A DNA stretch of 64,000 nt from Escherichia coli 042 (GTDB taxonomy: Bacteria; Pseudomonadota; Gammaproteobacteria; Enterobacterales; Enterobacteriaceae): the NCBI RefSeq assembly GCF_000027125.1, contig NC_017627.1. One strand, 5' to 3'. Of this stretch, positions 50,972 to 62,330 are shown piece by piece. Positions within the stretch are counted from its first letter, which is position 1; the number at the start of each line of letters is the position of its first letter. The notes under the pieces are model-generated. The model did not search any database, was not told the origin of the DNA, and worked only from the letters and a program-made list of their open reading frames with translations. The position numbers and the translations under genes were made by a program.

Positions 50972-51355
50972 TTATTCCTCATCATTTTCTGGAAAGAACC
51001 TCTCCATCTCAGATGACACCTTATCCCTGATATCTTCGACCATATTCGCATATTCAAACTTTGGATTCCCGGAAACATGAGGGCTTAGTGACTCAATACC
51101 TAAAATCTTAGCAACTGTTGACTGTGTTTTTACCGCACATTCAAGAAGTACCTTATTAAACTCAGCCTGATTGAACGCTGACTCTTTACGCTCCATCTGA
51201 GCCTCATATACACGAAGCCCTAATTCGAGAAGCATAGTGGATATGCTTGAGAAACTTACATCTGTACTTTTAGCTCCTTCTGCACGTCTTCTTTCCACAA
51301 TTTTATTTATTTTATAGACAATTTCGTCACTGACATAAGCCTGCACTTTCGCCAT
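50972..51355 (-). CDS. traM: TraM (oriT-binding relaxosome accessory protein)
   Basis: 127 aa MAKVQAYVSDEIVYKINKIVERRRAEGAK.. Confidence 0.95.
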   Translation of the reverse strand: MAKVQAYVSDEIVYKINKIVERRRAEGAKSTDVSFSSISTMLLELGLRVYEAQMERKESAFNQAEFNKVLLECAVKTQSTVAKILGIESLSPHVSGNPKFEYANMVEDIRDKVSSEMERFFPENDEE

Positions 51356-51778
51356 ATGTATACCTCTTTATTTTCTTATCGAATCAAATTTATTTCACAT
51401 ATAAAAAAATGACAATTCATCGATGAATCGAATCGTGACGCAAGTTACGAAAATTACGATTCATGCAGCAAATCACATCACGAATTGAATCTAGAGTCAA
51501 TTCGCTTTAACTCGTTGTTTTATTATTACTGATTCATCTATGAGTTGCGTTAAATTCATTGGTGAATCATATGCGATTCACCAATGAATCCTTTTTATAA
51601 TGTAAAATAAATTAAAATACATTATTTAAAACATAAGTTAATGATTCAAATAGCAAATCAGCAAAAACTTGTTTTTGCGTGGGGTGTGGTGCTTTTGGTG
51701 GTGAGAACCACCAACCTGTTGAGCCTTTTTGTGGAGTGGGTTAAATTATTTACGGATAAAGTCACCAGAGGTGGAAAA
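51356..51778 (+). other. oriT: origin of transfer (oriT); F-type nic motif GTGGGGTGT|GGTGCT near 51687/51688; plus strand is the transferred strand
   Basis: tttgcgtggggtgtggtgcttttggtggtgagaaccaccaacc matches the recalled F nic region; AT-rich repeats between nic and traM. Confidence 0.85.
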
Positions 51779-52288
51779 ATGAAAAAATGGATGTTAGCAA
51801 TCTGCCTGATGTTTATAAATGGGATCTGCGAAGCCGCCGATTGCTTTGATCTTGCAGGTCGGGATTACAAAATAGACCCGGATTTACTGAGAGCGATATC
51901 ATGGAAAGAATCCCGTTACCGGGTTAATGCCATCGGTATTAATCCGGTAACGGGATATGGCAGCGGACTGATGCAGGTAGATTCCCAGCATTTTAACGAA
52001 CTGGCCCGCTATGGAATTAAGCCGGAACATCTGACAACAGATCCCTGCATGAACATTTATACCGGTGCTTATTATCTGGCAATAGCCTTTAAAAAATGGG
52101 GCGTCTCCTGGGAGGCCGTTGGTGCATACAATGCCGGATTCAGGAAGACCGAACGCCAGAACCAGAGACGTCTTACCTACGCATCAGAGGTTTACCGGAT
52201 TTATACCTGGATAAAGAGCAGTAAAGGCATCCGGGTTCCGACCACGAAGAAATCACTTTCCCAAATTAACAGTGTGCAGAACAATTAA
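51779..52288 (+). CDS. lytic transglycosylase (F gene X / orf169 homolog)
   Basis: 169 aa from [12 protein letters not shown]..; the ORF-track N-terminal extension would run through the nic site. Confidence 0.85.
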   Translation: MKKWMLAICLMFINGICEAADCFDLAGRDYKIDPDLLRAISWKESRYRVNAIGINPVTGYGSGLMQVDSQHFNELARYGIKPEHLTTDPCMNIYTGAYYLAIAFKKWGVSWEAVGAYNAGFRKTERQNQRRLTYASEVYRIYTWIKSSKGIRVPTTKKSLSQINSVQNN

Positions 52289-52541
52289 TATTGTATACAT
52301 TGTCAAATACCGGTTATGCCGCGACAGCGGCATGGAAGGCCACACACAAAAATATCATATGAGTGATAATGCTGACTGGCCGAAGCCCCGCAAAGCGGGA
52401 CCCCATCTTATATATATCCGGTAACTGCACAGCCTCCTGCCAGACCATTTTTCGCGGGCACAATATTTACAGACTACCGAAAAGCCAGTTGATGAAATTG
52501 AGGCATATCAGACGACACAGCAATGCCGCAGGATGATAATA

Positions 52542-52580
52542 TAAGTAAAGCCCCGAAAAATTTTTCGGGGCTTTACTTAT
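52542..52580. terminator. bidirectional rho-independent terminator (perfect palindrome) between gene X and the orf273-like gene
   Basis: taagtaaagccccgaaaaatttttcggggctttacttat. Confidence 0.7.
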
Positions 52581-52584
52581 ATTA

Positions 52585-53406
52585 TCATGACTTCCACTCC
52601 CTGAACTGTTCGGCAATCATCCATAATGCTTTGTTGATTCGGATATCACCGTCAATGCCTGTAATGGCTCTTGTTCTGGTATTTTTACCGGAGGCACTTC
52701 GCCCCGATAATCCACCTTTTATCATATTCTCCTGAACCCGCTGCCAAGTTGTCCAGAGATCGTTCTGTTTATCCTCCCAACGGCGGGGAGTAATTATTTG
52801 TTCTGGCGTCACTGGCGTTTTATTTTCATCTTCGTACCTAGCCATCAATGCAGCTCTGCCAAATAAATGTTGTTCGTCACTGTTAAGATGTATCTCTTTC
52901 ATTGTCTCCATATTTTCAGTGACTTTATCAAAGACACCGAGCACTTCATACGCTCCCTCAATAACCTGCCCGACAATATCACCTTTATGTGGAACGCGGA
53001 TTTCGCCAAAATTATTCCCACACACCAGGCCATTTGTGCAGACAAAACGAAAAATTCCTGGGATCATCTGATAACTGGATGAACCATCATGTGAATTAAG
53101 CAGGATAATTTCAGGAACTTCTTTCCCGTTAATATGCCCTTCCCTGCGAAGACGTAACATATGTTTACTGTATTCGCGGCGTCCCAAATCACGAACCCGA
53201 CTCTGACAGGCAAAGAACGGCTGGAAACCTTCATCACGTAACTTATTGATGATATTGATGGTTGGGATATATGTATAACGCTCACTCCGGGATTCATGTT
53301 TATCACCAGAAAAGACAGATGGAACAAACTGCATTAATTCGTCATCCGTTAACGGGCGCTCACGGCGAATAGAATTATATCGACCAAAACGGGAAGCTAA
53401 TCGCAT
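52585..53406 (-). CDS. leading-region protein, F orf273-like
   Basis: 273-aa ORF adjacent to gene X; function unknown to me. Confidence 0.7.
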   Translation of the reverse strand: MRLASRFGRYNSIRRERPLTDDELMQFVPSVFSGDKHESRSERYTYIPTINIINKLRDEGFQPFFACQSRVRDLGRREYSKHMLRLRREGHINGKEVPEIILLNSHDGSSSYQMIPGIFRFVCTNGLVCGNNFGEIRVPHKGDIVGQVIEGAYEVLGVFDKVTENMETMKEIHLNSDEQHLFGRAALMARYEDENKTPVTPEQIITPRRWEDKQNDLWTTWQRVQENMIKGGLSGRSASGKNTRTRAITGIDGDIRINKALWMIAEQFREWKS

Positions 53407-53516
53407 AACAGTAACTCCTTTATGAAGGCATAAAATTAATAAAATTTTTTTCGCTTAATATCATCCCCCCTCGGTTATCGTTAACAAAAAGACAACAATT
53501 CCGAGGGGAAGGACCA

Positions 53517-53813
53517 TCAAATCAGGTCAGTTCGGGACTGACCAACCTGCCGAGTGAAAAGCAGTAACAGCGCGATCAACTCATCAGCGTTTTTTCTGAC
53601 AAGAGGAGTATGATTCTCCAGGCTATCCAGTAAGTCATGCAGCTCATTATTGACCTGATGGAGCACCTTAAAGAGTGCACCAGAATCCCGGCAGCTCTGA
53701 TATGCAAGATTTGCCTGAACAGCACGATTCTGCATGATCCCGATTTGTGCGATTGCGTCTTTCTGCTGATCGCCTGTTGGCTGATAAGTGGTGTTAAAAG
53801 AAAATGCGCTCAT
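53517..53813 (-). CDS. leading-region small protein (98 aa), first gene downstream of Frpo-like repeat 1
   Basis: Start codon abuts the repeat with an SD; helical, no recognised motif. Confidence 0.6.
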   Translation of the reverse strand: MSAFSFNTTYQPTGDQQKDAIAQIGIMQNRAVQANLAYQSCRDSGALFKVLHQVNNELHDLLDSLENHTPLVRKNADELIALLLLFTRQVGQSRTDLI

Positions 53814-53821
53814 AATTCCTC

Positions 53822-54330
53822 CTGTATCTGATGTTTTCAGCCCCCATCATCTGTTGAGTTTCGGGAGCCGCGGTTTTGACGTTTTGCGGGGACCTGCCTT
53901 TTGTTCCCTCCGGTATTCACCATCACCTGTTTGAGAACCTTCGCCGCAAGGGGCATCACTGCCACGGCCTGACGCACCTGTCCTGGGCAGAACGCAAAAT
54001 TTTTTACCGGGTTTTAGGTAAAAAATTTTGTGGTCTGTTCATTTACCCTGGACAGTCAGTGCGGCAGGTTGTGGCTGTATCAGCCCCCGGCGACAGGGGC
54101 TTAAACAGGTGAATGGCACCGGACACAACAACGGGCAGGGACCCGCCGCAACGACGTGAAGCGCGGTTTGCGAAACGGCGTTGCGCCTTACATCCCGGCG
54201 GCCTTTTGCCGGGATGCCAGGAGCGCAGGCCACGGCGCGACAGAGGCGGCGCGACCGGAACGGTCGCTGCAAGCCCGGGGTTTCGCGTCAGGGATGGAAG
54301 CCCGCCAGGGGGACGCCCGGAAAAGACACT
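53822..54330 (-). promoter_or_regulatory. Frpo/ssi-like leading-region repeat, copy 1
   Basis: Shares long near-identical blocks with 59401-59860 and 62797-63250; internal palindrome caaaattttttaccgggttttaggtaaaaaattttg. Confidence 0.6.
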
Positions 54331-54629
54331 GCCAGGAGAACAACAAAACAGACAATAATCAGGGCAGCAGTAATCAGAGTCAGAACAGGAGGAAAAAGAG
54401 AATAATCAAAGGGAAGGTGATGTGATTTCTGACAGGTCATAAACAGAGAAGGCGGGGGAAAAGAACGGGCGCCGCAGGCGCGCGTTCTTCCCCGTTCCCG
54501 GAGGGAAACGGCCTTCCTGGCAGTCTGGTTGTTCATGCCCGCACAATGCCAGCAAGGAGAAAGGGGCCACCGGCGAACCAGCAGCCCCTTTATAAAGGCG
54601 CTTCAGTGCAGTCAGACCAGCATCATCCC

Positions 54630-54655
54630 TGAAAAGGCGGGCCTGCGCCCGCCTC
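54630..54655 (-). terminator. rho-independent terminator after hok
   Basis: Minus strand GGCGGGCGCAGGCCCGCC followed by TTTTCAGGG. Confidence 0.55.
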
Positions 54656-54662
54656 CAGGTTG

Positions 54663-54824
54663 CTACTTACCGCCGGATTCGTAAGCCATTGTTGCCGTAA
54701 CTTCCCTGTATCCGTCCTTCAGCCGGACTTCGCACAGACGATTCCGGGTCAGGAATGTGAATATCAACAACGTGCAGCACACGATTAATACGCACCAGAT
54801 AAGGGCGTTTCCCGGTAGTTTCAT
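54663..54824 (-). CDS. hok: Hok-family membrane toxin (hok/flmA/srnB-type)
   Basis: [53 protein letters not shown]; overlapping mok-like frame 54667-54882 in the ORF track. Confidence 0.85.
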   Translation of the reverse strand: MKLPGNALIWCVLIVCCTLLIFTFLTRNRLCEVRLKDGYREVTATMAYESGGK

Positions 54825-55342
54825 GGTTTACTCCTCCTTGCAATTTGCACGGTAAGAGGCCATACTGACGTGGACTAGACATGCAGAGGCCTCGTGGGTT
54901 AATGAAAAATTAACTACGGGGCTTTTGTCCTTCTGCCACACGACACGGTAACAAACCACCTTCACGTCATGAGGCAGAAAGCCTCAAGCGCCGGGCACAT
55001 CATAGCCCATATACCTGCGCACTGACCACACTCACTTTCCCTGAAAATAATCCGGTCGTTCAGCCAGTTCACGGGCTATCAGTTCATCCGCAAACAGTGG
55101 TGCATGCCTGTTGATACGTTTCTCCAGATTCCGCCGTCGTACCGCAGCCTTACGTTCTTCGCTCCAGCGGCGCACCGGGCGGTCAGAAATAAAATCCAGA
55201 CAGACCGCATACCCTGCTCCGGCAACCCAGCGTGACATAACGGATGCCGGTGCAGGCTGCCCCGCCTCCACCACTTCTGAAACCAGTTCATGCTCGCCAG
55301 GACAGGGATAAGGCAGTTTCCAGCGCAGTGAGTAACGCCACT

Positions 55343-56062
55343 TCACGCCGCCTCCCGGAGTTTGTTCGGCACCATCCATCGCTCCATCTCACGGACGGCA
55401 TGACCGGCCTCCCTTGCCGCCATACCAGCCTCTGCGATGACCTGCCAGAACGGCATATCCTGCCACTGCCAGCGTTCCATTCCGGCCAGTGACGGGAAAC
55501 GCTCGCCCCACTGCCAGAACAGGGTTTCCAGGTCATGCTCTGCCACCCGGTCACTCCAGCGTGCATGCCAGCTTCCAACTGTTTCCGGCGAATGGAATGC
55601 CAGTTCGACTTCAGCCTGAGCGACCAGCGCCTGGTACGCACGGGCTTTCTGCTCTGCCTCCCGTGCCTGCTGGCGGCTGTACTTCTGCATGACCAGCGCG
55701 GATTTATGGCGACTGCGCTCCCTGACGCGGAACCGCACCGACGGAAACAACCGCTCTGCTGCATCACCGGGAAGGGGAAGGAGGCAGACCTCGCCCTGTG
55801 TTTCAATCAGCACATCGACGGCATACAGCCACTGAAGACGGCTGCCGTGCAGTTCTTCTGCGGTCAGGGATGGCATGAAAAATCGCAGGTCAGACAGCGA
55901 AATCCTGCGGCTTCCGTTCAGACAGCGGAAAAACGCTCCCGCATACGGATATTCCGCCAGCGTGTTTCCCTGATGGCGGCGTTTTTCCGTCTCCGCCACC
56001 GCCCGCCATGCGGCCTGTTGCTCTGCGCTGAGGGGAACCAGTGTCTGTGATCGTGCGCTCAT
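55343..56062 (-). CDS. psiA: plasmid SOS inhibition protein PsiA
   Basis: 239 aa [32 protein letters not shown].. Confidence 0.9.
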   Translation of the reverse strand: MSARSQTLVPLSAEQQAAWRAVAETEKRRHQGNTLAEYPYAGAFFRCLNGSRRISLSDLRFFMPSLTAEELHGSRLQWLYAVDVLIETQGEVCLLPLPGDAAERLFPSVRFRVRERSRHKSALVMQKYSRQQAREAEQKARAYQALVAQAEVELAFHSPETVGSWHARWSDRVAEHDLETLFWQWGERFPSLAGMERWQWQDMPFWQVIAEAGMAAREAGHAVREMERWMVPNKLREAA

Positions 56063-56493
56063 GCCTGACCTCCTTCCGCCATCAGGATATGAATGATGTC
56101 GTTAACGCTGTACCCCTGCGCATCCAGTGACGCCGCCAGTGCCAGTGAATGGCTGACAGCTTCCGGTGCAAACCGCCGCTGCACCTGAACCACCGCAAAC
56201 GGCTCACCACCGGCATTCACCAGAACCAGCACCCAGACCTGAGAGACATCGCCCGGTGAACATAACGCCAGGTGAAAACATTCGTGGGCAGGCGTGAAAC
56301 GGACCTGGACGGGGAAAAATCCACCAAACTCGCTGCCGTACTCGCCGTTCATCGTCCAGTTGTCCGGCGCATCCAGTTCCCGCATCACGGCGTGTGTCAG
56401 CTCACGACGTTCATCACTTCCGGCAGCCCGGATATCTTCATATTCCTGTGCGCTCATGGTCTGTAATACATTCAGGGTCAGTTCAGTTTTCAT
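56059..56493 (-). CDS. psiB: plasmid SOS inhibition protein PsiB
   Basis: [40 protein letters not shown]..; overlaps the psiA start. Confidence 0.9.
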   Translation of the reverse strand: MKTELTLNVLQTMSAQEYEDIRAAGSDERRELTHAVMRELDAPDNWTMNGEYGSEFGGFFPVQVRFTPAHECFHLALCSPGDVSQVWVLVLVNAGGEPFAVVQVQRRFAPEAVSHSLALAASLDAQGYSVNDIIHILMAEGGQA

Positions 56494-56547
56494 CACAGTA
56501 TCTCCCTTGCTGCCGCCCCGTCTCCGGCGGGGCGGTGTGGTTGTTCA

Positions 56548-58506
56548 TCAGGCGGCATCAGCCAGGTTATCGGTGCGTTCAGTGGCATCTGTCTGTGGAT
56601 GTGGTGCACACATCCAGCCTGGAACCCAGCGGTTGTCTTTCATATTGTGCTCTGCATGTTCAGCCGCATCACCTTTCTTCATCTTCTCCGCGTCCCGTGC
56701 GGCACCGGACAGCCCTGCCTCATTCAGGGCTGCGATAATCTGCGGCTTTTTCAGGTGTCCGAAGAAGTTTGCTTTTGTCGGCTGCCACCAGTCACGCATG
56801 TGAAAGCCGATGGCGCTTTCCAGCGAGTCAAGCGGACTGCGTGACGTGTGACCACACTCGCGGGTCTGAACGCCGTGGATGCTGCACGCGGTACAGAAGC
56901 TGAGCAGGGATAACAGCACCTCCTGGCTGAGTGACAGGAACGTCGTCATATCCCGTTCCCATCCTTCCGGCAGCAGGGCAGCAAAACGAGAGTGTTCTGC
57001 CATCAGCGCCATGAATGCGGCACCTTCCTTCCCCGACGGTGCATCGCTGGTCAGCGCATAATGCTCACATTCCAGGCGAATTCTGGCGGGACTACTATGC
57101 GCTTTGCTGCCAAACACATTCAGGCAGAGCGTCCATGCCAGCAGTGTCAGGGATTTGTCCGGTTGCTGCATCAGTGCCGCCTGGACTGCCAGCGTGCGTT
57201 CGGAAGACATTTTCGTCAGCAGTGGCAGACTGATTTCCTCCACTGACGCTTTTTCCTGCACCTGTTCCGTGCGGTCAGCGTCGTCAGCCGCATCATCCTC
57301 ACTGCGTAACTGCACACCACGCTGGACACATACGTTTCCATAACGCCAGGACACCACCACTCCACCTCCGGCACGCATCTCCGGCGTCCACGCTCTGACC
57401 TTCGCCATGCAGCGCATCAGCTTCATTTCTGCTTCCAGCAGGTCAGATTCCTCACACTGATTTTCCAGCGCGTCGTAACGCGTCATCAGTTCGTTCAGAC
57501 GTTCTTCTTCCGCCTCCGTCAGCACCGCTTCCGGCTCCGGCAGACAGCGGTATGTTCCGGCATCCTCACGGCACTCACCGACAGGCTCCATGCGTCCGGC
57601 GCACCATCCCCAGCCTTCGGCTTCCCGAAGGAACTCTGCAACAGCCTGGAGTTTTTCCAGCAGGGCGGCATCGAGCGCAACACAGTCCACATAGCCACCC
57701 TCGTCGTCGCTGAACAAATCAGTGCGCAGTTCATCTGGCGAGAAGGCATCAGCCCCCACAAAGCGGAATTTACTGTTCCCCGCCACCGCCACTTCACTTT
57801 CGGTCACCAGACGACGAATGGTCTGTACTTCCGGTTTACCGCCCCATCCCGACTGGCAGGCGGCTTCAAACACCTGCACCTGACGCGCGGTGTCGTTCTC
57901 CAGCGCCAGCGCCTGACAGTGCTCTGTGGTGATGCGGTCTTCTGCCAGCGCATCGAGGATGACAGGCGCAAGGTCTGCCAGTTTCAGCATTCGCTGAACG
58001 TGGCGGGGCGAATAGCCCAGCAAATCACCGATTTGTGCAGGCGTTTTGCCTTCCTGCGCCATCGCACGGAATCCGGCAATCTGTTCGGCAGGGTGCATAT
58101 CCCGACGATGACCGTTTTCAGTCATTGATGCAGCCGTCGCCAGCTCCTGCGGAATAACCTTCACGCGTACAGGCCAGTCAGCCGGAATGATGCCACGCTC
58201 TGCCAGCATGTTGAGTGCTGCCAGTCGGCGACCACCTGCGGCGACACCGTAACGGTCACCAGGCAGGGTATGCACGACCAGATTCTGCAACAGGCCAACG
58301 CCCTTAATGGACTCCGCCAGTTCGCTGACGGACTCTGCGGAATACGGCACAGTGCGCACATTCAGCGGTGATTTAATCAGTGAAGCCAGCGGCACACTCA
58401 CTTCCTCCGTCTGCGCCAGCAGGGCAGACAGGACTGTTTCCTGCGTTTTTGCATATTTACGGCTTGCTTTGCGGGTGGTTTCTGGTTCACACTTCGTTAC
58501 AGGCAT
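56548..58506 (-). CDS. ParB-like nuclease-domain protein of the leading region
   Basis: About 650 aa from MPVTKCEPETT..; ParB/Srx-type N-terminus, acidic repeats mid-protein, basic C-terminus. Confidence 0.75.
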   Translation of the reverse strand: MPVTKCEPETTRKASRKYAKTQETVLSALLAQTEEVSVPLASLIKSPLNVRTVPYSAESVSELAESIKGVGLLQNLVVHTLPGDRYGVAAGGRRLAALNMLAERGIIPADWPVRVKVIPQELATAASMTENGHRRDMHPAEQIAGFRAMAQEGKTPAQIGDLLGYSPRHVQRMLKLADLAPVILDALAEDRITTEHCQALALENDTARQVQVFEAACQSGWGGKPEVQTIRRLVTESEVAVAGNSKFRFVGADAFSPDELRTDLFSDDEGGYVDCVALDAALLEKLQAVAEFLREAEGWGWCAGRMEPVGECREDAGTYRCLPEPEAVLTEAEEERLNELMTRYDALENQCEESDLLEAEMKLMRCMAKVRAWTPEMRAGGGVVVSWRYGNVCVQRGVQLRSEDDAADDADRTEQVQEKASVEEISLPLLTKMSSERTLAVQAALMQQPDKSLTLLAWTLCLNVFGSKAHSSPARIRLECEHYALTSDAPSGKEGAAFMALMAEHSRFAALLPEGWERDMTTFLSLSQEVLLSLLSFCTACSIHGVQTRECGHTSRSPLDSLESAIGFHMRDWWQPTKANFFGHLKKPQIIAALNEAGLSGAARDAEKMKKGDAAEHAEHNMKDNRWVPGWMCAPHPQTDATERTDNLADAA

Positions 58507-58564
58507 AATCATCCCCTTATAATTGCTTATGTCCTGCCGGACGTTCGCGCGTCCGGCACCTCTC

Positions 58565-58798
58565 TTACTTAAGAATGCCGAAATTCCGGATGACATGGTT
58601 CATCCAGTACCCGGCACCGTCCTCAAAATTCCAGGTACGCCAGACCAGGCCACTGTTATTGCGGACAACCAGGCGAAAATGCGTTCCCTGATCATCCTCG
58701 ATAAAGACATTCCGGTACTGTGCGGCAACGGCTTCAGCCTGTTCGCGGGTAAAGGAGCCGTCAGGCAGCCCCTGAAATATTCTGAAATATTCGCTCAT
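58565..58798 (-). CDS. small leading-region protein (YubL-like, position-based)
   Basis: About 77 aa from [14 protein letters not shown]..; between ssb and the ParB-like gene. Confidence 0.55.
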   Translation of the reverse strand: MSEYFRIFQGLPDGSFTREQAEAVAAQYRNVFIEDDQGTHFRLVVRNNSGLVWRTWNFEDGAGYWMNHVIRNFGILK

Positions 58799-58853
58799 CC
58801 TCATCTCTCCGGTGATGCCCCGCACTGGACGGGGCGGTTGTCACTGTCTTAGT

Positions 58854-59381
58854 TCAGAACGGAATGTCGTCATCGAAGTCATACGCGGGTTCAGACGGCT
58901 GCTGAGGCTCGGGCTGCGCGGCCTTACGTCCACGGCCTTTCGTTTTCGCGCCACCTTTTTTCAGTTCCGGCTGTGATTCCGGCTGAGGCTGACCGCTGAA
59001 CTGTTGCGCCTCTTCCGGCTGAGTCTGAGTACCTGCGGCACGTCCCAGCATCTGCATGGTGCCCGTGGTCTTAACAAGAATTTCGGTGACGTAACGGGTG
59101 ATACCGTTATCCTCCCAGCTACGGGTGCGAAGCTGACCTTCGATGTAGACCTGCGCGCCCTTGCGCAGATACTCACCAGCCACTTCCGCGAGCTTGCCGA
59201 ACAGCACCACGCGATGCCATTCTGTCTGCTCCCGCATCTCCCCCGTCTGTTTGTCACGCCAGCTTTCTGACGTGGCCACCTGCAGGTTTGCCACTGCGCC
59301 CCCGTTGGGGATGTAACGGATTTCCGGATCTTTTCCCAGACGACCGACAAGAATGACCTTGTTAATGCCACGAACTGCCAT
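58854..59381 (-). CDS. ssb: plasmid single-stranded DNA-binding protein
   Basis: [44 protein letters not shown].. OB fold, acidic tail ..[16 protein letters not shown] 7 nt upstream. Confidence 0.95.
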   Translation of the reverse strand: MAVRGINKVILVGRLGKDPEIRYIPNGGAVANLQVATSESWRDKQTGEMREQTEWHRVVLFGKLAEVAGEYLRKGAQVYIEGQLRTRSWEDNGITRYVTEILVKTTGTMQMLGRAAGTQTQPEEAQQFSGQPQPESQPELKKGGAKTKGRGRKAAQPEPQQPSEPAYDFDDDIPF

Positions 59382-59400
59382 GATGTGTCTCCTTCTGTTG

Positions 59401-60023
59401 ATGTTTTCAGCCCCCATCATCTGTTGAGTTTCGGGAGCCGCGGTTTTGACGTTTTGCGGGGACCTGCCTTTTGTTCCCTCCGGTATTCACCATCACCTGT
59501 TTGAGAACCTTCGCCGCAAGGGGCATCACTGCCACGGCCTGACGCACCTGTCCTGGGCAGAACGCAAAATTTTTTACCGGGTTTTGGGTAAAAAATTTTG
59601 TGGGCTGTTCATTTACCCTGGACAGTCAGTGCGGCAGGTTGTGGCTGTATCAGCCCCCGGCGACAGGGGCTTAAACAGGTGAATGGCACCGGACAGAACA
59701 ACGGGCAGGGACCCGCCGCAACGACGTGAAGCGCGGTTTGCGAAACGGCGTTGCGCCTTACATCCTGGCGGCCTTTTGCCGGGATGCCGGGAGCGCAGGC
59801 CACGGCGCGACAGAGGCGGCGCGACCGGAACGGTCGCTGCAAGCCCGGGGTTTTCACGCATCGGACCGTAGCGACAGCCCGAAACCGCGCCAGCGGGTTC
59901 GGCGGAGACTGGCGGGTGCGCCAGCAGCTGCCTGTCGGAGTCGGGCCTGACGACCGGATGCCGCCAGGCAGCCGGGAGCCGAAGGTGCGCCCGGCAGACA
60001 GGACAACACTGCAGTAGTCAGAA

Positions 60024-60036
<13 letters not shown>
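59401..60036 (-). promoter_or_regulatory. Frpo/ssi-like leading-region repeat, copy 2 (directly upstream of ssb)
   Basis: Near-identical to copies 1 and 3; palindromic core around 59565-59600; the ssb ATG is about 20 bp from the repeat edge. Confidence 0.6.
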
Positions 60037-60307
<271 letters not shown>

Positions 60308-60308
<1 letters not shown>

Positions 60309-60871
60309 CAGGCACGCAAACGAATAATCATCGTCGGGACATCGGTATAAGCAAACGTGCCGCGCGGCAGCTCCTCGCGGATGTCAGAAAACGGTAACAG
60401 CTTCTCCTGCTGGCGCGGCCCGTTCAGACAGACGGCAACCAGCACGCCCCCCGGACGCAACAGGGAAAAAGCCCGCAGGATATGCCGGATATCCTGCCCG
60501 TGGATGAACGGCGGATTCATAATGATCCGGCTGTAATACTGCACCGGCTGCCATTCCATGAAGTCGCCACACTGTACCCTGACACCGTTAAAATTTTCCC
60601 GCAGATACCGGACCAGCCCGCTGTTAATCTCCACCGCATCACACATGGCCTCCGGCGCGGTATCCCGAATCGCCCGCAGTATGGCCCCGGTGCCGGCAGA
60701 GGGTTCCAGAATGTGATCACGGTTGCTGATTTCCGCCAGCGTCACCAGGCGATCACAGACCGGGGCAGGACTCACAAAAAGCTGAGATTCAGCCCGGATT
60801 TCAGCAACCGGCGCGGCGTTATCCAGCCTTGCGCGCATCAGCCGGATACGTTCTCTTAACTGACTGTGCAT
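60308..60871 (-). CDS. orphan SAM-dependent DNA methyltransferase, probable N6-adenine type
   Basis: 187 aa; motif I ..LEPSAGTGAI.., motif IV ..IIMNPPF..; no adjacent restriction gene in the window. Confidence 0.75.
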
Positions 60872-60917
60872 GTCATTATCTCCGTCATCCCCCGGGGATT
60901 TCCCGGGGGGATATACC

Positions 60918-62279
60918 TTATTTCTGTGGGATTTCCGTGATTTTCATGTCGGTAATATACACATTCACCAGGCGGAAATTATTGTCCATTGTGCGGCGGT
61001 AGCGGTATGCCCCGTGGTCTTCTGTCTCTGCCACACTGCGCACGGCCTTACAGTCCCGGGGCAGGGCGGCCCACTGCGCCTTTGTCATTTCCCGGAAACC
61101 TTCCCCCGGATAGTTGACTACCGGCGGACGCTTCGCGGCCTGACTGGCGACGGCAGCCTCTTCTGCCGATGGTGCTTTGTAGTCCGTGATGCGATCGGGC
61201 GTCACTTTCATCGTGCCGCTGTACCCGAGAAAACTGTAATTTGGCGTTGTGACTGAACTCACCGCCCCGTTGCTTTTGTTCACGCGGATGATGGTCAGCC
61301 ACTCGCCCCGGCTGAAAACCTGTCCGCCCGGCTCAAAATCCTGTGTCCGGGTAACCACGCCGCCGCTTTCGTCCAGCATGGCACGCTCATAGATCAGGCG
61401 GTTCTGATAGTGGTTAACCCAGCGTTGCTGATGCTGAATCTGCCGTTCATGACAGCGGATCGCAATTTCGCGGGCCTGCTCCGTGGTGATGATGTCATCA
61501 TCCAGGGCCGACCATAACGATCGACTTCCTTCATACTGGCTTTTTTCTGCCGGGCGCGGATACCTGTCCAGCGGGAAACAGGCGCTGATATGGTCATGAC
61601 TGCTGATGAGTTTTGCCATATTCAGATCCAGCGATTCAGCCCGCCACATCGTCAGATATTTCTGCGACTGTGCGATGGTCTTTTCCGCCTTGCGCAAATC
61701 AGCTTCGATTTTTTTGATACGACGCCAGCGAACGTCCGGACGTTCTTTATACTTCGCGTGAAGCAGTGCCGACCGCGCCCGCTCTTCCCAGTATTCCGCA
61801 CGTTCAAAGAGCATCACAGCACGTTTCATACCGTTTTCAATACGCTGTGCATCACGACGGGCGCGGCGTTCGCTGTGATGCCCCACAAGAATGGGCTGAC
61901 CGGGCGGGATCATCGCGGCCAGTCTTTCCACTTCATCAAGTGCCTGTGCGGATTCACTGGCCCGCTTTCCGCTGTATCCGGTAAACCGCTCCGCCCGTGC
62001 TTCCTGACGTTCAGCGAGCGTGCTGTCTTCATCCTCAATCTCTCCGGCAAGTGAGAGGAGCACGTCTTCCCGGCCCGGTGTCCAGGCTGGCGCGACAAAC
62101 AGCGCCTGTTTGGGTGCCCAGCGAAAACCGGCATCATGCACTTTTTTATACGTCTCCGGGTCAAGACGTGACGCGGCATACAGGCGCAGTTTGTTGTCAT
62201 CCGGTGAGTAGGTCGCGCGGTACATCTGCACAGGGCTGGCGGCTTCCGGGGCGGTCATGGTGATTGCTGCTAATGTCAT
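60918..62279 (-). CDS. leading-region protein of unknown function (453 aa)
   Basis: Long ORF, basic/acidic helical middle region (..RRARRDAQRIENGMKRAVMLFERAEYWEERARSALLHAKYKERPDVRWRRIKKIEADLRKAEK..); family not assignable by eye. Confidence 0.6.
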   Translation of the reverse strand: MTLAAITMTAPEAASPVQMYRATYSPDDNKLRLYAASRLDPETYKKVHDAGFRWAPKQALFVAPAWTPGREDVLLSLAGEIEDEDSTLAERQEARAERFTGYSGKRASESAQALDEVERLAAMIPPGQPILVGHHSERRARRDAQRIENGMKRAVMLFERAEYWEERARSALLHAKYKERPDVRWRRIKKIEADLRKAEKTIAQSQKYLTMWRAESLDLNMAKLISSHDHISACFPLDRYPRPAEKSQYEGSRSLWSALDDDIITTEQAREIAIRCHERQIQHQQRWVNHYQNRLIYERAMLDESGGVVTRTQDFEPGGQVFSRGEWLTIIRVNKSNGAVSSVTTPNYSFLGYSGTMKVTPDRITDYKAPSAEEAAVASQAAKRPPVVNYPGEGFREMTKAQWAALPRDCKAVRSVAETEDHGAYRYRRTMDNNFRLVNVYITDMKITEIPQK

Positions 62280-62330
62280 AAAATGTTCTCCTTCCGTCTG
62301 TTGCCGCCCCTCGCGGGGCGGCTCACCTCA

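Noticed and set aside
54113-54425. Plus-strand Arg-rich ORFs inside the Frpo-like repeats (also 59683-60017 and 62971-63388)
   Set aside because: They recur only because the noncoding repeat recurs, they sit on the transferred (template) strand, and they are low-complexity with no start context.
55032-55379. 115-aa frame overlapping the psiA end as a definite CDS
   Set aside because: Not listed as a feature because it overlaps psiA and the expected hok antisense control region; kept only as an open question in the findings.
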